This document shows positions 30,790-43,492 of a stretch of 64,000 nucleotides of DNA, piece by piece (positions within the stretch are counted from its first letter, which is position 1; each line of letters opens with the position of its first letter). Source of the stretch: an uncultured Acidobacteriota bacterium. GTDB taxonomy: Bacteria > Acidobacteriota > Thermoanaerobaculia > UBA5066 > DATFVB01. The translations under genes were made by a program, and so were the position numbers. The notes beneath the pieces are model-generated. The model saw only the letters and a list, made by a program, of their open reading frames with translations. It did not search any database and had not been told where the DNA came from. The DNA is taken from contig CAWEYG010000005.1 in the NCBI GenBank assembly GCA_963813155.1, positions 192,001-256,000 of the forward strand, read 5' to 3'.

Positions 30790-32146
30790 TCAGTTCATTG
30801 TAGAACCCTCGCCGGAAAATCGCAACGAAAAACGTTCCAGGCTTGCCGACATTCGCGCCCCGAGCACGAGGAAGAGGAGGGGAACCAGAGCGATCGTCAC
30901 GCGCGCGAAAGTGAAATCGGCGAAGCGAGCCGCGTCGGTCCACGCCGAGGCCGCCGGGGCGACGGCGTAAAGGGCGATCATCGCGCCCAGGGGGACGAGG
31001 AGCGGGTCCGCGAGCGACCGGCGCGTCGCGAGGAGGACGAAAGCGACGCCGAGGATCGCCGGGAGCGCCGGAAGGACGACCGAATGCAGCAGGCCGACGG
31101 CGGTCTCCTGGAGCCGCTGAAGGAAAACGGCTCCTCCCCTTTGAGCGATCAGCGACCAGCGGAAGGCCGCTGTCGGAGGCCGCTCCCCGGATCGCCCGCA
31201 GCAAGGCCTGGTGGAGGACCGGGACCGCGGCGAATATGGCCGCGGCGGTGACGGAGCTCCGCCCCCGGTCGCGGATCCAAACCCACGCGGCCGCGGCCGC
31301 AAGGAGCAGGAGAAACACCGCGCCTTCCTTTTTGAGGCTGCAGCAGAAGAGCGCGGAGAGGAGGAGCGGCCGCGCTCTCGCCGAACCCGGCGCGTCGAGG
31401 GCGTCGAGAAGGGCAGACCCCGCCAGGACGAAGCCGAGCGCCATCGGGATGTCGGCGAGGCCGACGAGAAAGCTCTGGTACAGCGGGAAAAATCCGGCCG
31501 TCAGCACCGTGCCCGCGGCGGCCGCCGCCGGCCCGCAGCGCCGCTTCAGGAATCCCCACGTCAGGAGGAGGGTCGCGAGCTCGAAGGCGGGGTACAGAAG
31601 CGCGAGGGCCTGCGAGTCCCACCCGCCCGCGAGGGTCGACAGCGCCGAAAAGAGCAGGGACAGCAGAAACGGGTAGGACGGGTGAACGAAAGCGAGCTCG
31701 GGATCGTGGAAAAAGCGCGGCGGTAAACCTCCGGAGAGGTAGAGCATCTTCCCCTTGAGACCCCAGATGGCGACGAAGTCCCAGGCCCACATCGGCTCGG
31801 AGAGCGCGTTCACGCTGAAAAGGACGAGGCCGCCGAGAGCGAGAATCCCGGCCGCCGTCGCGATCCGGCTCGGGGCGCCGGCGGTTCGCGGCGCCTTTGG
31901 AGCGCGGTCGCGGAAGGCCAGGGCCAGGGCGGCGAGAATCGTCCAGAGCTTCCAGGGGGCTGCCCGCAGGCCGAAGAGGAGGACGATTGCCTGCGCGCCG
32001 GCCAGGGCCAGCAGGCCCGCGATCCAGGACCACGCGGCGAGCTCGGCGTTCGAAAGGTCCCTCAGGCGGCGGACGAGCGGGTACCCGAGGACGCCGAGAG
32101 CGGCGAAGATCACGGCCATTTCGGCGAGATCCCGGGCCGCCCTCAT
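30790..32146 (-). CDS. Polytopic membrane protein, GT-C (ArnT/PMT-like) glycosyltransferase candidate; frameshift near 31170
   Basis: WDFVAIWGLKGK, HPSYP, ADIP and KKEG motifs; many TM helices. Confidence 0.65.
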
Positions 32147-32532
32147 CGCAGGGCCTTCAAAGAGCCGCGGGCCGCCCCTTCGCCGCCGTAGACCGCGAGA
32201 AAGTCGGCCTTCGCGCCCTCGTGAAACTCGGTTACCGGGCGCGGCGCAAGGGCGTAGTGGGCGGTGTAGAAGTACAGCCGGTTCGTCTCGGGCAGCGAGA
32301 CGGCGACCGAAGCGTCCGGGGGAACGCGCCGCCGGACTTCTTCGAGGAAGGAGCCGAACGCCGGATCGAATTCGTACAGGGTTCCGCGGCGCTCCGCTTC
32401 CCCGACCGGGAGGCCCGCGAGCCGGGGCAGCTGCAGGGCCCTGCGTTTCAACTCCCACCGACGAAAACTCGCCGCGTCGGAAAAAAGGAGAAGAGTCAGG
32501 CCCAGGGCGACGAAGACCTCTCGGACCCGCAC
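32143..32532 (-). CDS. Hypothetical membrane-anchored protein
   Basis: N-terminal TM; Y..HYALAPR motif; ATGA overlap with the downstream gene. Confidence 0.6.
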   Translation of the reverse strand: MRVREVFVALGLTLLLFSDAASFRRWELKRRALQLPRLAGLPVGEAERRGTLYEFDPAFGSFLEEVRRRVPPDASVAVSLPETNRLYFYTAHYALAPRPVTEFHEGAKADFLAVYGGEGAARGSLKALR

Positions 32533-32581
32533 GTTGGGGGAATAGTAGCGCCTTTTGCTAAGATCGCTCGGGAGGCTCTGC

Positions 32582-33773
<1,192 letters not shown>

Positions 33774-33779
33774 AGATCC

Positions 33780-34475
33780 GTGATCAACAAGGTCGTCGCG
33801 TCCGCCGATGAAGCCGTCCGGGACGTGCCGGACGGCGCGGTGCTCGTCGTCGGGGGATTCGGCCTTTGCGGCATTCCGGAAAACCTGATCGCCGCTCTCG
33901 TGCGAAAGAACGTCAGGAACCTGACGGCGGTTTCGAACAACTGCGGCGTCGACGACTGGGGCCTCGGGCTGATGCTCCGGAACAAACAGATCCGGAAGAT
34001 GATGTCTTCGTACGTCGGCGAGAACGCGGAATTCGAGCGCCAGTTCATCTCCGGGGAGCTCGAGGTCGAGCTCGTGCCCCAGGGCACGCTCGCGGAGAGG
34101 ATGCGCGCGGGAGGAGCCGGGATCCCCGCCTTCTACACGCCGGCGGGCGCGGGCACGCTCGTCGCGGAAGGAAAAGAGACGCGGTCCTTCGACGGCCGGG
34201 AATACCTGCTCGAGCGGGGGATCGTGGGCGACTTCTCGATGGTCGCCGCGTGGAAAGGGGACCGGTACGGAAATCTCGTGTACCGGAAGGCCGCCCGCAA
34301 CTTCAATCCGATGGCCGCGACGGCGGGAAAGATCTCGATCGCGGAAGTCGAAGAGCTCGTCGAACCGGGCCAGCTCGACCCGGAATGCGTGCACACGCCG
34401 GGAGTGTTCATCCATCGGGTCGTCGTCGCGCCGCGCGAGAAACGGATCGAGCGGCGAACGGTGTCGAAGGCGTGA
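33780..34475 (+). CDS. scoA: 3-oxoacid CoA-transferase subunit A
   Basis: [30 protein letters not shown]. Confidence 0.92.
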   Translation: MINKVVASADEAVRDVPDGAVLVVGGFGLCGIPENLIAALVRKNVRNLTAVSNNCGVDDWGLGLMLRNKQIRKMMSSYVGENAEFERQFISGELEVELVPQGTLAERMRAGGAGIPAFYTPAGAGTLVAEGKETRSFDGREYLLERGIVGDFSMVAAWKGDRYGNLVYRKAARNFNPMAATAGKISIAEVEELVEPGQLDPECVHTPGVFIHRVVVAPREKRIERRTVSKA

Positions 34476-34495
34476 AGCGATGAAACGATGAAGCA

Positions 34496-35161
34496 ATGAC
34501 GTTACCGCGCGAGGGGATCATCCGCCGGGCCACGAAAGAGTTGCGCGACGGATTTTTCGTCAATCTCGGGATCGGAATGCCGACGCTCGTCGCGAACCAC
34601 ATTCCTGCCGGCATGGAGGTCATCCTTCAGTCGGAAAACGGCATCCTCGGCGTCGGACCGTATCCGACGGAGGACAGGGTCGACGCGGACCTCATCAACG
34701 CGGGAAAAGAAACCGTGACGGTTCTGCCCGGCGCTTCGTACTTCTCTTCGGCAGACTCGTTTGCGATGATCCGGGGCGGGCACATCGACCTCTCGATCCT
34801 CGGCGCCATGCAGGTGGACCGCGAGGGCTCGATCGCGAACTACATGATCCCCGGAAAGATGGTCAAGGGGATGGGGGGGGCCATGGACCTCGTCGCGGGC
34901 GCGAGACGGCTCGTCGTGACGATGGAGCACGTTTCGCGCGACGGCTCGCACAAGATCCTGGACGCGTGCACGCTGCCGCTGACCGGCCGGCGCTGCGTCC
35001 ATCGGCTGATCACCGATCTCTGCGTGTTCGACGTGATTCCCCGGGGGGGAGGATTGCGCCTCATCGAGACGGCCCCCGGCGTCTCGCTCGAAGAAATCCG
35101 GACGAAGACGGGATGCGATTTTGAGGTCGCGGAACGTCTGGCAGTCATGGATGTCTCCTGA
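34496..35161 (+). CDS. scoB: 3-oxoacid CoA-transferase subunit B
   Basis: [22 protein letters not shown]. Confidence 0.92.
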   Translation: MTLPREGIIRRATKELRDGFFVNLGIGMPTLVANHIPAGMEVILQSENGILGVGPYPTEDRVDADLINAGKETVTVLPGASYFSSADSFAMIRGGHIDLSILGAMQVDREGSIANYMIPGKMVKGMGGAMDLVAGARRLVVTMEHVSRDGSHKILDACTLPLTGRRCVHRLITDLCVFDVIPRGGGLRLIETAPGVSLEEIRTKTGCDFEVAERLAVMDVS

Positions 35162-37574
35162 CGCAGGTCGGCGAGCGGCATTCGTCTTCGTCGGCGTCCT
35201 CGCCGGCCTTCTCGGCGCCGGGAGCGCGGGAGCCCAGGTCGCCCAGAACTCTTTCGACGCGAGCGATCCATTCGCTTCGCGGTTCAAGGAAAAATCGCGG
35301 TTCGAGATCAAGCTCAAGCCCGTCAAGCCGGGCGGCCCGGTCAAGATTACGGCGCGCCAGGAGAACTGCCACGAGGACCTGAACGTTTGCGTCGCCGAGG
35401 GCGACGTCGTCGTCGAATACCAGGACGTGAGGATCCAGGCCGACAAGGTCACGTTCGACCGGCGCAACAGCCAGGGAGAGGCCGAAGGGCACGTGGTCAT
35501 CGACCAGGGGCCGACGCGGATGGCGGGGAGCACCGGGACCTTCGACCTGATCGCGAAAACGGGAACGCTTCACGAAGCGGAAGCGGACCTGGAGCCGACC
35601 TTCCACGTGATCGCGAAGACGATTTCGAAGGTCGGGGAAGACACCTACGACATCGAAGACGGCATCTTCACCGCCTGCGCGGTTCCGAACCCGGCCTGGT
35701 CGTTCGCGATGAAAAAGGCGAGGGTCACGCTTGACGACTACGCGCGGATGAAAGACGTCGCCTTCCGCGCGGGGCGCGTGCCGCTGCTGTTTTCGCCCTA
35801 CCTGCTCTGGCCGACGAAAGAAGGGCGGGTCTCGGGATTTCTCGTTCCGGGGCTCGGGTTCAACAGCACGCGCGGAGCGTTTCTCGGGCTCACGTATTAC
35901 TGGGTGACGGGGCGCTCGACCGATCTCACTTCGGAGCTCGACCTGTATTCGAAAGGCGTCATCGGGCTCGGCGAGGAATTCCGGTGGGCGCCCTCGACGG
36001 AGTCCGCGGGCGTCTTTCAGGGCTTCGTGATCCGGGACAACCAGGCCGACATCTGCGTCCCCGGAACGTCGGCCGACCCTTCGAAGTTCTGCATCCAGCC
36101 GAACGGGACGTCGGGAATTCTCGAAACGACCGCCCAGACCCAGACGCGGTGGAAGATCCGCCTGGATCACTCCTCGAGCGATCTTCCGTGGGACATGCGC
36201 GGCGTGCTTTCGATCCGCGACTACTCCGACCCGAACTATCTGCAGGATTTCGAGCGGTCGTACGCGCTCAACTCGGCCCGGCAGATCGTTTCGACGGGTT
36301 TCCTGACGAAAAACTTCGGCGACGATTCGCTGAACCTGCGGCTGGAACGAAGCGAGACCTTCTTTTCGAGCGATGCGCTGCTGGAGCGCACGCCGTCTCT
36401 CGAGTTCTCCCACCGGACCTCGAAGATCGGGGAAACGCCGCTGTACGCGGCGCTCGACGCGTCGTTCTCGCGCCTGTTCGTCAACCGCGGGCCGGACGCG
36501 CCCCACGGCGGGTACGACCGGGCCGACCTGCATCCGGTCCTTTCGCTGCCGATCAAGAACATCCCCTGGCTTTCGCTCACCGCGCGGGTCGGCGGCCGCG
36601 TGACGGAGTACACCGATTCGGTGACGCCCCTGACCGGAACGGGGCAATCGTTCACGGGCCAGTCGCTTCTCCGGACGTATTCGGAAGCGAGCGCGTCGCT
36701 CGTCGGCCCGTCGTTCTCGCGGATCTACGATTTTTCGCTCGGGCCCTTCGAGCGCTGGAAGCACATCCTCGAGCCGCGCGTCGACTACAACTACGTCGCC
36801 GACGTGCACTTCTCGCCCGCGCGAGACTGTTCCGACGTTGCATCCGGGTCGGAGTGTCCGCAGAACACGCTTGCGAACGTGCCGTTGTTCGACGAGATCG
36901 ACTCCATCTACGGACAGAACTCCGTGACGTACCGGCTCGTAAACCGGCTGCTCGCCAAGGAAGGCGGCGAAAACGCCCCCGCCGCCCAGGAGATCGCGTC
37001 GCTCGACGTCTCGCAGACCTACAACTTCTCGTACCCGCAGACCGCTGTCTCGCCCGGAACGACGATCACGCTGCCCCCGCGGTCGGGCCCCATCCAGAGC
37101 GTTCTGCGGATCGCGCCCGTCCCCGCGTTCCACCTGGATGCGCAGGTCGCGTACGACCAATCGGTCTCGCGCGCGACCTCGTTTTCCTTTGCGGCGGGCG
37201 CGAACTGGAAGAACCAGTACGCGAGCGTTACCTGGACGGCCTCGCGGCCGACGCTGACGACGCCGCCGGGTCCGCCTCCGCCGGTCGGCTATCCCGTGAC
37301 GTCGCCGAATTCCGATTTCATCCGGGCTTCCGCGGGCGTCAACCTGTTCACGCCGAAGCTTCGGCTCGACACGATGTTGAACTACGACGCCCAGCTCAAG
37401 CAGGTGACGGAGGACCGGTCTCTCCTCACGTACAACGGCTCCTGCTACACGATCCTGCTCGAGGTCCGCAACCTCCGCGTGCCCGTCACGCGGCACGACT
37501 ACCGCCTCGTCATCAACCTGAAGAACATCGGGACGCTGCTGGATTTGAACGGCGGACTGGACAAGATTTTCTAG
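35151..37574 (+). CDS. lptD: LPS-assembly protein LptD
   Basis: OstA-like N-domain, FTAC..P.W, SGFLVP, KHILEP, C-terminal beta-barrel. Confidence 0.88.
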   Translation: MSPDAGRRAAFVFVGVLAGLLGAGSAGAQVAQNSFDASDPFASRFKEKSRFEIKLKPVKPGGPVKITARQENCHEDLNVCVAEGDVVVEYQDVRIQADKVTFDRRNSQGEAEGHVVIDQGPTRMAGSTGTFDLIAKTGTLHEAEADLEPTFHVIAKTISKVGEDTYDIEDGIFTACAVPNPAWSFAMKKARVTLDDYARMKDVAFRAGRVPLLFSPYLLWPTKEGRVSGFLVPGLGFNSTRGAFLGLTYYWVTGRSTDLTSELDLYSKGVIGLGEEFRWAPSTESAGVFQGFVIRDNQADICVPGTSADPSKFCIQPNGTSGILETTAQTQTRWKIRLDHSSSDLPWDMRGVLSIRDYSDPNYLQDFERSYALNSARQIVSTGFLTKNFGDDSLNLRLERSETFFSSDALLERTPSLEFSHRTSKIGETPLYAALDASFSRLFVNRGPDAPHGGYDRADLHPVLSLPIKNIPWLSLTARVGGRVTEYTDSVTPLTGTGQSFTGQSLLRTYSEASASLVGPSFSRIYDFSLGPFERWKHILEPRVDYNYVADVHFSPARDCSDVASGSECPQNTLANVPLFDEIDSIYGQNSVTYRLVNRLLAKEGGENAPAAQEIASLDVSQTYNFSYPQTAVSPGTTITLPPRSGPIQSVLRIAPVPAFHLDAQVAYDQSVSRATSFSFAAGANWKNQYASVTWTASRPTLTTPPGPPPPVGYPVTSPNSDFIRASAGVNLFTPKLRLDTMLNYDAQLKQVTEDRSLLTYNGSCYTILLEVRNLRVPVTRHDYRLVINLKNIGTLLDLNGGLDKIF

Positions 37575-37599
37575 CTACTCCTGATAACATTGCCCGCCG

Positions 37600-38664
37600 A
37601 TGAAAGGCCTCATCCTCTCCGGCGGAAAGGGCACGCGCCTGCGGCCGCTGACGCACACCTCCGCGAAGCAGCTCGTGCCGGTCGCGAACAAGCCCGTTCT
37701 TTTCTACGCGATCGAGGCGATCGTCGCGGCCGGAATCCGCGAGATCGGGATCGTCGTCGGCGACACGCGCGAAGAGGTCAAGGCCGCCGTCGGCGACGGC
37801 TCCCGGTTCGGCGCGAAGATCCGCTACATCGAGCAGGACGCGCCGCGCGGACTCGCGCACGCGGTGCTGATCTCGGAGGATTTCCTTCGCGGCGAGCCGT
37901 TCGTCATGTATCTCGGCGACAACCTCATCGCGAGCGGCATCACCTCGCTCGTCGACGAATTTCAGCGGCTGAAGTGCAACTCCCAGATTCTCCTTGCGAA
38001 AGTTCCGAATCCGTCGTCGTTCGGGGTCGCCGAGCTGTCGGACGGCAAGATCGTGCGCCTCGTCGAGAAGCCGGAGCACCCGAAGTCGGACCTCGCTCTC
38101 GTGGGCGTGTACATGTTCGACGATTCGATCTTCGAGGCCGTCCACGCGATCCGCCCCTCGCCCCGCAACGAGCTGGAAATCACCGATGCCATCCAATGGC
38201 TCGTCGATCACGGCCGCTCGGTGCATCCGCACCTGGTGACCGGCTGGTGGAAGGACACGGGCAAGGTCGAGGACATGCTGGAGGCCAACCGGATCATCCT
38301 CGACACGGTCCAGGCGACCGTTCCGGCGGCGCTCGGCCCGGGGTCCCGGCTGGAGGGGAAAGTCGTGCTCGAAGAAGGCGCCACGCTTCACAATGCGATC
38401 GTTCGCGGCCCCGCCGTCATCGGCAAGGGTGCCGTGATCGAGAACGCGTTCGTCGGTCCCTACACGGCGATCGGCGCCGGTTGCCGCATCGTGAACTGCG
38501 AGATCGAGAATTCGATCGTCTGGGAGGGCTCGGAGATCCGGGACATTCCGGTGCGGATTGCGGACTCGCTGATCGGGCGCGGCGTCAAGATTCATCGCGG
38601 CGAGATCCGCCCCAAGGTCCACCGGTTCCTCGTGGGGGACAACTCGGAAATCGGGATCGTATGA
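37600..38664 (+). CDS. rfbA: Glucose-1-phosphate thymidylyltransferase (long form)
   Basis: GGKGTRLRPLT..AKQL, PSPRNELEITDA, C-terminal beta-helix. Confidence 0.93.
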   Translation: MKGLILSGGKGTRLRPLTHTSAKQLVPVANKPVLFYAIEAIVAAGIREIGIVVGDTREEVKAAVGDGSRFGAKIRYIEQDAPRGLAHAVLISEDFLRGEPFVMYLGDNLIASGITSLVDEFQRLKCNSQILLAKVPNPSSFGVAELSDGKIVRLVEKPEHPKSDLALVGVYMFDDSIFEAVHAIRPSPRNELEITDAIQWLVDHGRSVHPHLVTGWWKDTGKVEDMLEANRIILDTVQATVPAALGPGSRLEGKVVLEEGATLHNAIVRGPAVIGKGAVIENAFVGPYTAIGAGCRIVNCEIENSIVWEGSEIRDIPVRIADSLIGRGVKIHRGEIRPKVHRFLVGDNSEIGIV

Positions 38665-39674
38665 AGATCCTCGTTACCGGCGGCTGCGGCTTCATCGGCA
38701 GCGCGTTCATCCGCAACCTCCTCGGGGGCCGCTCCGGGGTTTCCGTCGTCAACCTCGACAAGCTGACCTACGCCGGCAACCCGCGAAACGTCGCGGCGGT
38801 CGCCGATTCGCCTTCGTACCGTTTCGTGCTCGGCGACATCTGCGATCCGGCCGCCGTGGCCGACGCGATGGCGGGATGCGACGTCGTCGTGAATTTCGCG
38901 GCGGAGACGCACGTCGACCGGTCGCTGCTGGGAGACGCGTCGTTCATCGACACGGACGTCAAGGGCGTCTTCGTGCTGCTCGAAGAGGCGAAGCGAATCG
39001 GCGTGAAGAAGTTCGTCCAGATCTCGACCGACGAAGTGTACGGGTCGATCGAGTCCGGGAGTTTCACCGAGGATTCGAAGCTGACGCCCCGAAATCCGTA
39101 TTCGGCCTCCAAGGCCGGGGGCGACCGGATCGCGTACTCGTACTGGGCCTCCTACAAGGTGCCGGTCGTCATCACGCGGGCGTCGAACAACTATGGCCCC
39201 TACCAGTACCCCGAGAAACTCATTCCCCTCTTCGTGACGAACGCGCTCGACGATCTCCCCGTCCCTCTTTACGGCGACGGGAAAAACGTGCGCGACTGGC
39301 TCCACGTCGACGACCACGCGGCCGCCGTCGAGTTCCTGATCGAGCGGGGCGAGCCGGGCGAGGTCTACAACGTCGCGGGCGGAAACGAGACGGAAAACAT
39401 CGAGATCACGAAGAGGATCCTGAAGATCCTCGGAAAGCCGGAAAGCCTGATCCGGCCGGTCGTCGACCGGTCCGGCCACGACCGCCGCTACTCGCTCGAC
39501 GCGGGCAAGCTCGCGCGGCTCGGCTTTTCGCCGAAGCGCCGCTTCGACGAGGCGATCGAGTCCACCGTGTCCTGGTACGTCGATCATCCCGAGTGGTGGA
39601 GGCCGATCAAGGACCACGACCCGCACTACCGCGATTACTACAAGACGCAGTATTCCGAACGCCTGCGCTCGTGA
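38661..39674 (+). CDS. rfbB: dTDP-glucose 4,6-dehydratase
   Basis: AAETHVDRS, STDEVYG, YSASK, QYPEKLIP, GHDRRY. Confidence 0.95.
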   Translation: MKILVTGGCGFIGSAFIRNLLGGRSGVSVVNLDKLTYAGNPRNVAAVADSPSYRFVLGDICDPAAVADAMAGCDVVVNFAAETHVDRSLLGDASFIDTDVKGVFVLLEEAKRIGVKKFVQISTDEVYGSIESGSFTEDSKLTPRNPYSASKAGGDRIAYSYWASYKVPVVITRASNNYGPYQYPEKLIPLFVTNALDDLPVPLYGDGKNVRDWLHVDDHAAAVEFLIERGEPGEVYNVAGGNETENIEITKRILKILGKPESLIRPVVDRSGHDRRYSLDAGKLARLGFSPKRRFDEAIESTVSWYVDHPEWWRPIKDHDPHYRDYYKTQYSERLRS

Positions 39675-40522
39675 AGCCTCGGATCCTCGTCACCGGCGGC
39701 GGGGGAATGCTCGCGCTCGACCTGAAGCCGCGGCTCGAGGCCGCGGGCTACGAAGTCGTCTCGCCGAAAAAGGCGCAGCTCGACATCACGCAGGCCGGCC
39801 ACGTTTCCGCGATCCTCGCGACGCTCAAACCGCAGGCGGTTTTCAATTGCGCGGCGTTCACGAAGGTCGACCTCTGCGAAACCGACCCGCTTGCGGAAAC
39901 CGTCAACGACGCGGCGGTCGGAAATCTCGCGGAGGCGTGCCGTGCCGCCGGCGTCCGGCTCGTGCAGGTTTCGACGGACTTCGTTTTCGACGGGGAGAAA
40001 CGGGAGCCGTACCGCGAAGAGGACGAACCCGCGCCCCTTTCGGCGTACGGCCGGACGAAACGCGGCGGAGAGCTCCGGGCCCTGTCGCTGCCGGGCACTC
40101 TCGTCGTGCGCGGCTCGTGGCTGTTCGGAAACCGCGGCCCGAACTTCGTCGAGGCGATCCTGAAACAGGCGGAAGCGGGTAAACCAAATGTTCGGGTCGT
40201 GACCGACCAGGTCGGCCGCCCGACGGCGACGACGGATCTCGCGGAGGCGCTCGTCGAGCTGTACCGGATCGGGACTGAGGGGATTGTTCACTTCGCCAAC
40301 TCCGGCGAGGTCACGTGGAACGAATTCGCGAGAGAGATCCTGCGGCAGGCGGGCCATTCCGGCGTCGAAGTCGTTCCGATCACCTCCGAGGAGCTGAACC
40401 GCCCCGCCCGCCGCCCCGCGTATTCCGTTCTTTCGACCGAGAAATACGAGAAGTTGACGGGCAACCAGCCGCGCGACTTCCGCGAACCGCTCGCGGAGTA
40501 CCTGGACCGTCGGAAGAAATAG
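39671..40522 (+). CDS. rfbD: dTDP-4-dehydrorhamnose reductase
   Basis: NCAAFTKVD, STDFVFDG, YGRTK, ARRPAYS. Confidence 0.94.
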   Translation: MKPRILVTGGGGMLALDLKPRLEAAGYEVVSPKKAQLDITQAGHVSAILATLKPQAVFNCAAFTKVDLCETDPLAETVNDAAVGNLAEACRAAGVRLVQVSTDFVFDGEKREPYREEDEPAPLSAYGRTKRGGELRALSLPGTLVVRGSWLFGNRGPNFVEAILKQAEAGKPNVRVVTDQVGRPTATTDLAEALVELYRIGTEGIVHFANSGEVTWNEFAREILRQAGHSGVEVVPITSEELNRPARRPAYSVLSTEKYEKLTGNQPRDFREPLAEYLDRRKK

Positions 40523-40730
40523 CTCGCTTGCCGTCGTTCGCGGCTTGGCCCCAGCGCCGGCTCGGCGAGCGGGTCCTGTCGCGGCACTCGACCCACTTTT
40601 CCGCTCGCTGCGGGTATTAGGACTTTGCTACGACTCCGCGCCGCGAGCGGCAAAAGGGGTCTCGCGCCCCGCCACCCGCTCTCTTCTTTGCGCCTGCGCG
40701 TTGGCCCGGCCGCGCCAGGGCTTCGCTTCG
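40520..40730 (+). repeat. Dispersed long-hairpin element, copy C (different, longer core)
   Basis: Arms TAGCTCGCT..CGCGGCT..GCCCCAGCGCC.GCTCGGC and GCGCGTTG.CCCGGCCGC..CTTCGCT are shared with copy B; the internal hairpin is unrelated. Confidence 0.7.
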
Positions 40731-40731
40731 G

Positions 40732-41641
40732 TTACGGCCGCGCCTGCGCGAGCGGGTAGCTGCGCTCCATGCCCTTCCGTCACGCCGATCGGGTCGTAGC
40801 CAAGGTCGCGGCGGGCTTCGGAATTGTCGGGCGCGGCGTCCTGCTCGATGCGGCTGATCGCGTAGCGCGTCAGCGGCGGGTTCTTCATCGTTTTTTCCAG
40901 GACGAAAGCCGCCGCGCGGCAGATCGGGAGCGGAATGTGGACGAACGGCTTGGACACTCCCTGGTGGCGGAGCATCAGCTTCGCGAGGTCGCGGATCGAG
41001 ATCTCCTCTCCGCCGCTGAAGTTGTAAATCTTGCCGTGGCTCTTCGGGTTGTTCGCGATCGCGAGAAGGCCGCGTCCGATGTCTTCGACGAAAACGGGGT
41101 TTTTCTTCGCGAGGCCCCGTCCAACGAAAGGAACGACCGGGTATTTCAGGAGCGATTCGAGAAATCCCATGAATTCCAACCCGCCACCGTTTTCGTACGC
41201 GAGCGTCGGACGCACGATCGTCCACGCCATCGGGCTCGCGGCGCGGACGATCTCCTCCGCGTCCGCCTTGGAGCGGGCGTATTCGGAAATCGGGTCGATC
41301 GCGGAAGTCGAGGAGATGAACACGAAGTGCTTCGCGCCGGCGCGCCGCGCCGCCTCGACGACGTTCCTCGTTCCCTCCGTGTTGACGCGCCGGAAAATCG
41401 ACGGATCGCTCGACAGGATCACGCCCGCCAGGTGAAATACCGTCTCGACTCCTTCGAAGAGTCCGGCGAGAGTCTCGGCCCACGCGATGTCGCCGAAGAC
41501 GATTTCGGCGTTCACGCCTTTCAGCCGCGCCGCGTTCGGGTCGCCGGGCAGCGTCAGGGCCCGCACGCGGTGGCCGGCCGCGGCGAGGTCTTTGACGAAC
41601 CGCGCGCCCATCACTCCCGCGCCCCCCGTGACGAAGATCAA
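40732..41641 (-). CDS. NAD-dependent epimerase/dehydratase (SDR); frameshift near 40772
   Basis: VTGGAGVMG, YARSK; removing one G gives a stop at 40732. Confidence 0.85.
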
Positions 41642-42381
41642 GCTTCGCCCCCGACGAGCGTCCCATAGTAGCCGCGCCGGTAGCGTCGAACGACGGCGAG
41701 CACGTCGAGGCCGTAGGAAACCGGCTTCAGGTGCGAGACCTCGTCCGCGTATCGAGTGGGAATCGCGATCTCCGCGATCCGCAGGCCGAGGATTCGCGCG
41801 CACACGAGCATTTCGAGATCGAAGTCGAAGGAGTCGGACAACCGGGCGAACGGAATCGACTCGAGCGACTTCCGCGAGTAGAGCATGTAGCCGCTGTGGA
41901 ACTCCGCCAGGCGCATGCCGAAAGCCCGGTTCTCGACGGCCGTCAGGAGGCGGTTCGCCGCGTACTTGTAGAAGGGCATTCCGCCGGCGAGCGCTCCGCC
42001 TCCGAGCATTCGCGAGCCCTGCACCAGGTCGGCTTCGCCGCGGCGCAGGGGCGCGGACAGTTCCGGGAGCTTTTCGGGGGCGTATTGCCCGTCCGCATGG
42101 ACGATCGCGGCGATGTCCACCCCGGTCTCGAGGGCGTGGGCCAGGAGCGTCTTGACCGCGCCGCCGTACCCGCGGTTTTTCGGATGCCGAAGGATCACGA
42201 GCGTCGGCAGCTCGGATCGGAGACGTTCGAGAACCTGCGCGGTGTCGTCCGAGCTGCCGTCGTCCACGGCCGCGTAGTGCATCTCCAGGCCGGGGGAATC
42301 CCGGGGAATTCGGCCGACGAGCCGCTCCAGCGTGAGCGCCGCGTTGTAGGCCGGAATCGCGATCAGAAGAGAATCAGGCAT
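41638..42381 (-). CDS. GT2 glycosyltransferase (DPM1-like)
   Basis: IPAYN, VDDGSSD, NRGYG, HADGQY, EFHSGY. Confidence 0.9.
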   Translation of the reverse strand: MPDSLLIAIPAYNAALTLERLVGRIPRDSPGLEMHYAAVDDGSSDDTAQVLERLRSELPTLVILRHPKNRGYGGAVKTLLAHALETGVDIAAIVHADGQYAPEKLPELSAPLRRGEADLVQGSRMLGGGALAGGMPFYKYAANRLLTAVENRAFGMRLAEFHSGYMLYSRKSLESIPFARLSDSFDFDLEMLVCARILGLRIAEIAIPTRYADEVSHLKPVSYGLDVLAVVRRYRRGYYGTLVGGEA

Positions 42382-43492
42382 CCGATCGGGTGCGGCCGGG
42401 CAACGAAGGGGAGGTCCCGGCCGGCTGCCGGGCCGCTTCGCGGCGGGCGTTCACGTAGTACTGCATGGTGGGAACCAGCATTTCGGACAGCCCGGTTTTC
42501 GGCTGCCATCCCAGAAGGCGCTGGGCCTTGCCGATGTCGGGGATGCGGCGGTCCGAATCCTCGTATCCATCCCCGTAAAACTCCTTCGCGGAGACCTCGA
42601 CGATTTCCGGCAGGGAGGCGTCCGGGGCGAAGTGGCGCGCGTACAGCTCCCTCATCAACTCGGCCAGCCGGCGAATCGAGACTTCGTTGTCCGGTGAACC
42701 GATGTTGAAGATCTCGCGGTCACATCCTCCCCCCGGGTTTTCCACGATCCGCGCGACGCAATCGACCGCGTCCTTGATGTAGGTGTAGCAGCGGCGCTGG
42801 GCGCCGCCGTCGACGAGCTTCATCGGAGTGCCTTCGAGCAGCGCTTCCATGAAATACGAGAAGACGCGCGGCACGCCGTCGGTGTCGCCCGGCAGGTAGT
42901 CGATCTTCGGGCCGATGAAGTTGAACGGCCGAATGATCGTGTAGTTGAGGCGCCCTTCCAGCCCGTAGGCGTGGATCACGCGCTCCAGGAGCTGCTTTGC
43001 GCAGGCGTAGATCCATCGGTGCCGGCCGACGGGCCCCATGATGAGGTCGGTGCGGTCCTCCGCAAAGGTCGCGTAGGCGGGGTTTTCCGGGTCCGCGATC
43101 AACTCTCCCAGCACGGCCACGGGCGTTTTGCCGTAGACCTCGCAGGAAGAAAACTGGATGAGCCGCCGATTCTTGCGAATGCACGACTCGGCGATCCGAA
43201 GATTCTCCTGGAAGTTGAGCCGGAAGACCTCGAGCGGGCTTCGGACGTAGATCCCCGGGTTCGCGTGCGCGACAAGATCGACGACCACGTCCGCCGCGGC
43301 GACCGCGCCGTCGAGGTCGAACGTCCGGTCGGTCACGTCCCTTTCGACGAACGTCAGGCGCGGGTGGTTGAGCAAATCCGCGATTTTGTCCGTGTGCACG
43401 TCGATTCCGGTCACGTCGTGCCCGTTTTCGAGCAGACGTTCCGCGAGATGCGCTCCGATGAAACCCCCCGCCCCCAGACTCAGCACCTTCAC
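42374..43492 (-). CDS. UDP-glucuronate decarboxylase, UDP-apiose/UDP-xylose synthase-like
   Basis: GAGGFIG, FSSCEVYGK, RWIYACAKQL, RPFNFIGP, GVPRV, FYGDGYEDSDRRIP. Confidence 0.75.
   Translation of the reverse strand: MKVLSLGAGGFIGAHLAERLLENGHDVTGIDVHTDKIADLLNHPRLTFVERDVTDRTFDLDGAVAAADVVVDLVAHANPGIYVRSPLEVFRLNFQENLRIAESCIRKNRRLIQFSSCEVYGKTPVAVLGELIADPENPAYATFAEDRTDLIMGPVGRHRWIYACAKQLLERVIHAYGLEGRLNYTIIRPFNFIGPKIDYLPGDTDGVPRVFSYFMEALLEGTPMKLVDGGAQRRCYTYIKDAVDCVARIVENPGGGCDREIFNIGSPDNEVSIRRLAELMRELYARHFAPDASLPEIVEVSAKEFYGDGYEDSDRRIPDIGKAQRLLGWQPKTGLSEMLVPTMQYYVNARREAARQPAGTSPSLPGRTRSDA

Noticed and set aside
37600-40522. rmlC missing from the rml cluster
   Set aside because: rmlC is often encoded elsewhere; cannot be judged from this window.
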